The notes beneath the pieces were generated by a model. The model was not told where the DNA came from. It did not search any database and was given only the letters and a program-made list of their open reading frames with translations. The translations under genes and the position numbers were made by a program. Below, in pieces: positions 46,611-47,215 of a stretch of DNA of 47,215 nt; positions within the stretch are counted from its first letter, which is position 1, and every line of letters begins with the position of its first letter. Source of the stretch: Vicinamibacteria bacterium (GTDB lineage Bacteria; Acidobacteriota; Vicinamibacteria; Vicinamibacterales; CAVVIG01); contig JBGOTP010000003.1 in the NCBI GenBank assembly GCA_041476545.1, forward strand, positions 1 through 47,215, in the 5' to 3' direction.

Positions 46611-47215
46611 TGGCGAGAGCTGATGTCTGCCTGATCCTCGAAGGCACGTATCCCTATGTGACGGGCGGGGTGTCGAGCTGGACCCACGACCTCTTGCTGG
46701 CCCAGAAGGACTTGACGTTTCACCTCGTCACACTTCTTCCCGAGAACGCGAACCTGACCTATCGCTATCAGATCCCGACGAACGTCGTCGGCACGTCCAA
46801 CGTGTTCATTCAGAAGCTGCCAGCCGGCCGCTCCTCGATCAAGCGCGCGGGGGATCTCTTCGACGCGCTCCAGGGACCGCTGCTCCGGCTCCAGACCGGC
46901 GGCGGTCTGGATGATCTGCGCGGAATTCTCGAGGCACTGAAGCCGGTTCGAGACTCGGTGGGAAGCCAGCTCCTCCTCAATTCGCCGCGCGCCTGGAAGA
47001 TGCTGCTGAGCATGTACGGCGAGTCGGTGCCGAGCAGTTCGTTCCTCGATTTCTTCTGGAGCTGGAGGTCGCTCGTCGGCGGCCTGTACTCGGTCCTTCT
47101 CGGCGATCTTCCAGACGCCTCGGTTTACCACGCCGTGTGCACGGGGTACGCCGGCCTGCTGCTCGCGCGCGCGCACATAGAGACCGGGCGGCCGACGCTC
47201 CTCACCGAGCACGGC
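46610..47215 (+). CDS. pelF: PelF GT4 glycosyltransferase, truncated by the window edge (absent from the ORF track)
   Basis: My translation gives MARADVCLILEGTYPYVTGGVSSWTHDLL...FLDFFWSWRS...YHAVCTGYAG...LLTEHG; TGATG coupling. Confidence 0.93.
   Translation, partial: MARADVCLILEGTYPYVTGGVSSWTHDLLLAQKDLTFHLVTLLPENANLTYRYQIPTNVVGTSNVFIQKLPAGRSSIKRAGDLFDALQGPLLRLQTGGGLDDLRGILEALKPVRDSVGSQLLLNSPRAWKMLLSMYGESVPSSSFLDFFWSWRSLVGGLYSVLLGDLPDASVYHAVCTGYAGLLLARAHIETGRPTLLTEHG

Noticed and set aside
1-47215. tRNA, rRNA, IS/transposase, prophage or defence genes
   Set aside because: None was recognised, and nearly all sequence is accounted for by the listed CDSs.

Overview
This is a GC-rich, gene-dense bacterial window. 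The protein styles and short-repeat content suggest Acidobacteriota (Vicinamibacteria-like), which is an inference only. From the left: a partial Hanks-type Ser/Thr kinase carrying three in-frame repeat insertions; a DUF2914-type membrane protein; pyrK-pyrD-pyrF plus a glutaredoxin-like gene; a Pal-like lipoprotein; a methyltransferase; an operon of LysW-like zinc ribbon, larE and a GT-C membrane protein; a REC-PilZ regulator; a CNNM/hemolysin protein; peroxiredoxin, P1B-ATPase and SnoaL genes; an M28 peptidase; two tandem ArnT-like paralogs; and two beta-propeller proteins. The middle holds a PAS histidine kinase with three single-domain receivers, a coiled-coil PilZ protein, a PEGA protein, an EfpL-type EF-P, a Lys-rich sORF ahead of DAHP synthase, and a secreted alpha/beta hydrolase. 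The right end holds a divergent locus: Hpt plus a four-times-frameshifted UDP-sugar epimerase on one side, and REC-pelA-(TPR)-(beta-barrel)-pelD-pelE-pelF on the other, running off the window. The most notable items are (1) a Pel-like exopolysaccharide locus whose PelB appears split and which shows no pelC, and (2) a family of GCCTGCC-headed mini-hairpin elements that sit in frame in genes and appear nested in themselves. No rRNA, tRNA, CRISPR array or transposase was recognised. All calls come from motif reading by eye, and no searches were run.
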